From: Somniosus microcephalus
Lineage: Eukaryota
Direction of reading: 5' to 3'
DNA length: 64,000 nucleotides
NCBI GenBank assembly: GCA_052327205.1
Contig: CM126204.1
Coordinates: 73,036,001 to 73,100,000, forward strand
Shown piece by piece: positions 61,530 through 64,000 of the stretch. Under the pieces are notes generated by a model. It was not told the origin of the DNA. It saw only the letters and a list, made by a program, of their open reading frames with translations, and ran no database searches. The translations under genes were made by a program, and so were the position numbers. Each line of letters starts with the position of its first letter. Position 1 is the stretch's first letter.

Positions 61530-61865
61530 CAGAGCCATAGAGGTTTATAGCACAAAAGGAGGCTATTCAGCCCATCATATCTCCACAATTCAAAATAATC
61601 TCACTGCTCTTTTCTCTCCCCATAGTCCTGCAACTTGCTCCACTTCAAATGTTTATCTACTCTTTCTTTAAAATATGCAATGGGCTCTGCCTCAACTACT
61701 CCCTGTGACAAAGCAGTTCATACTCTAGCAACTCTCTGCATAATGAATGTTTTTTCTAACTTCTCTCCTTACTCTCTCAGGGACAATTTTAAATAATCTT
61801 TCTCCATTCATCTGATCAAAATCCTTCATAATTTAAATAAACCTCGATTAGATCTCCTTATATTC
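61530..61865 (-). mobile_element. Old CR1-clade LINE 3'-end fragment
   Basis: AAAAGGAGGCTATTCAGCCCATC...CAACTCTCTGCATAATGAATG is a degenerate match to 56136-56470. Confidence 0.6.
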
Positions 61866-61868
61866 TTA

Positions 61869-61952
61869 CAAAAGCAAAATACTGCGGATGCTGGAAATCT
61901 GGAATAAAAACAGAAAATGCTGGAAATAATCAGCAGGTCAGGCAGCATCTGT
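61869..61952. repeat. Fragment of a common shark interspersed repeat (probably a Penelope-like terminal repeat)
   Basis: AAAAGCAAAATACTGCGGATGCTGGAAATCTGGAATAAAAACAGAAAATGCTGGAAATAATCAGCAGGTCAGGCAGCATCTGT; the family assignment is from recall. Confidence 0.5.
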
Positions 61953-62001
61953 ACAATGCCTTGTACAAATCTATCATTACCTCTTTGCCCTTGTACTCTA
62001 T

Positions 62002-64000
62002 GGGCTATAACTTGGTTAGCCCCCGAAAAGGGGCACAGGGATTGAGATGCACGATTAACCCGCGCCCAAAGAGTAGAATGCAGGCAGCACACTAACTTTA
62101 TGCTGCCTGCTAATTATAATGTTTTCTGCATGCAGTCAGCACTTCACGCTCTGTTCATTGGCTGTATGCATCAGCAGGGGGCCCAATATTGTTCGTGACT
62201 TGCACTACTTAAAGCTAGCCTGCACTATTTAAAGCTAGCCTGCACCTCTTAAAGGGGAGGTGCATTGTGGCTGCAGCAGGTGCTGGGAGTCGTTCTGCAA
62301 CTGAATCTGACCTGGGAAAGAAAGAAGAATGGCTGACCATCGGAGAGAGCAGGCGCTGCACTGGAGATCTTGGTGGAGGAGATGGAAAGGAGGAGAGATG
62401 TCCTGTATCCACAAGGGGACAGAAGGCCCTCCAGACACATGATGAGAAGGCAGTGGGAACAGATAGCCACAGAGGTCAATGCCAGAAGTATAGCCCCAAC
62501 GACCTGGATGCAGTGCCGCAAGAAGTCTAATGACCTCACACGAGTGGTCAAGGTCAGTGAATGCATCTTCAAATGCCATATCCTATCAATTGCACCAGTA
62601 GCCTCAGCCCCTGCTCAATTCATCAGACCCCCATCACTCACCTACCAACAACCTCATACCTAACATTATATGCTTCACCTCACCCTCACTCACTTAGCAC
62701 TGTTGCAAGCCTCACACTCACTTCTCACAACTTGCACACACTGCCAGCTATTCAACCATGACAGCCACATCACCCAAACAGATTGCACGACACTCACTGA
62801 CACACTCCCCTCTCTCTTGCAGGAGAAGGTGGCATACAACCGAAGGCAGCAGGAACTAACCAGAGGTGGAGCGGTGGGCCTGCATGCTCAAGCCCTCATG
62901 GAGGAGATGGTGCTGGGAAGGGTTCTGCTGAGGCTGTAGCCACCGGCGGGGCTGAATCCATTGAAGATAATGATTTCATCATACGTAATCCTCCTTCTCA
63001 CATCCCACTTCTCCCCCATCCCTAACTCTCTTCTGACTTACAAGCTGCAGATGGTGTAAGCATGTACTTCCTACTTTCTCTTCTCCCCTCACCACAACCC
63101 AAACCATGCCCCAATTTAATTTCAGATACCCAAGATCTGCAACCTGCCAGGCAGTGGTGGAAGAGCAGGAAGACAGTGAAGATGAAGAGACATCATCACT
63201 CGCAGCCACCAGCTCAGATACTGATACTGTGCGTAATTTAGAGGATAGCATAGAGGTGGGAGCTGCATGAGGTAAGACACCGGGCACAAGTGTGCTGCAG
63301 CCAGGGCAGGGGGCAAGGAGAGCGCAGGTGCCAGCTCGCTGGAGGGCAAGGTCGCGCACTAGTTCTGCTGCAGAGGGACACAGATGAGGACTTTGATGGG
63401 CCAGGTTACAGAAAAAGGCTGATGGGCCTACACACTGAAATGCTTGGTGTATTGGGAAGCCTGTCAGAAAGCTAGCGTGCAATGTCAAGGAGCATGGAGG
63501 AGTCCGGCCCCAACTTAACACAGGGCTTTGTGCAGAGCTTGACGCCCATCCTCTCCAGCATGGAACACCATCAACACACTTGTGGAACCAACCATGATGC
63601 AGCATCTGATGGCCGATGTCTTATCTTCTACTGCAGCACAAGCAGCAGCCACCCAATGTCAAGGTGTTGCAGTGGAAGCTCAGACTGCTTCCATCATGGC
63701 TGTGGATACCAGTATTCAAAGGGACTTGCAAGGTCTCCAACAGATTGTTAGGACTGCTGAGGCACCGCCCCGGGAGAGTGGCAGTAGTTCCATGGAGCAT
63801 GAACCTGGTGCCCTCTCTCCGGATGACAGCATCCGTGCTCACACCCCTGCCACTCCTCCTGTGCCCTTGATGTTGTCTCTCAGCCAGCCAGCCTAGACTG
63901 CTGCCGCCCACCCCAAGATGGTGCAGTCTGAAGCAGGGCCTTCTAGGCCCAAAACTGCTCAAGGTCGTCCTCCATGGCCATATGCAGTCTCCTCCATTGA
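62002..64000 (+). mobile_element. Second copy of the 37-42.5 kb Harbinger family (Myb-gene end), running off the window
   Basis: Reverse-complement homology to ~40450-42543. Myb exons start at 62329, 62823 and 63126; VEEMERRRDVLYPQ...WEQIATEVNARS...QCRKKSNDL; frameshifted. Confidence 0.88.

Noticed and set aside
61869-61952. Hammerhead ribozyme in the Penelope-like repeat
   Set aside because: The fragment stops before any CTGATGA...GAAAC core.
1-64000. CRISPR-like or other regularly spaced repeat-spacer array, or a Fanzor/TnpB-type ORF
   Set aside because: No periodic repeat-spacer structure or RuvC-like ORF was seen; the repeated motifs are irregular subterminal TE repeats.

Overview
This is vertebrate genomic DNA, almost certainly from a cartilaginous fish (shark-type CR1 LINEs, Deu-domain SINEs and Harbinger elements). 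It holds the 3' half of ESRRG (estrogen-related receptor gamma, NR3B3) on the + strand. Four coding exons with canonical AG/GT boundaries (12177-12287, 14804-14965, 45374-45643, 48196-48440) encode the DBD C-terminal extension, hinge and LBD. A ~2.8 kb 3'UTR follows, ending near an ATTAAA at 51189; the upstream exons lie outside the window. Introns and the downstream flank carry a near-full-length decayed PIF/Harbinger transposon (transposase plus a convergent three-exon Myb/SANT gene), several internally deleted Harbinger derivatives or MITEs with TIRs and 3-bp TSDs, CR1-type LINEs, SINEs and three-way nested insertions. There is one assembly gap (30143-30274). I found no new protein-coding system. 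The most notable signals are: internal hairpins with compensatory substitutions between MITE copies, varied non-TWA target-site duplications, a perfect ERR response element built into the Harbinger Myb splice donor inside the ESRRG intron, and ERRbeta-like pocket residues in this ERRgamma. Comparisons with human sequences are from memory, not from an alignment. Repeat boundaries without a TSD are approximate.
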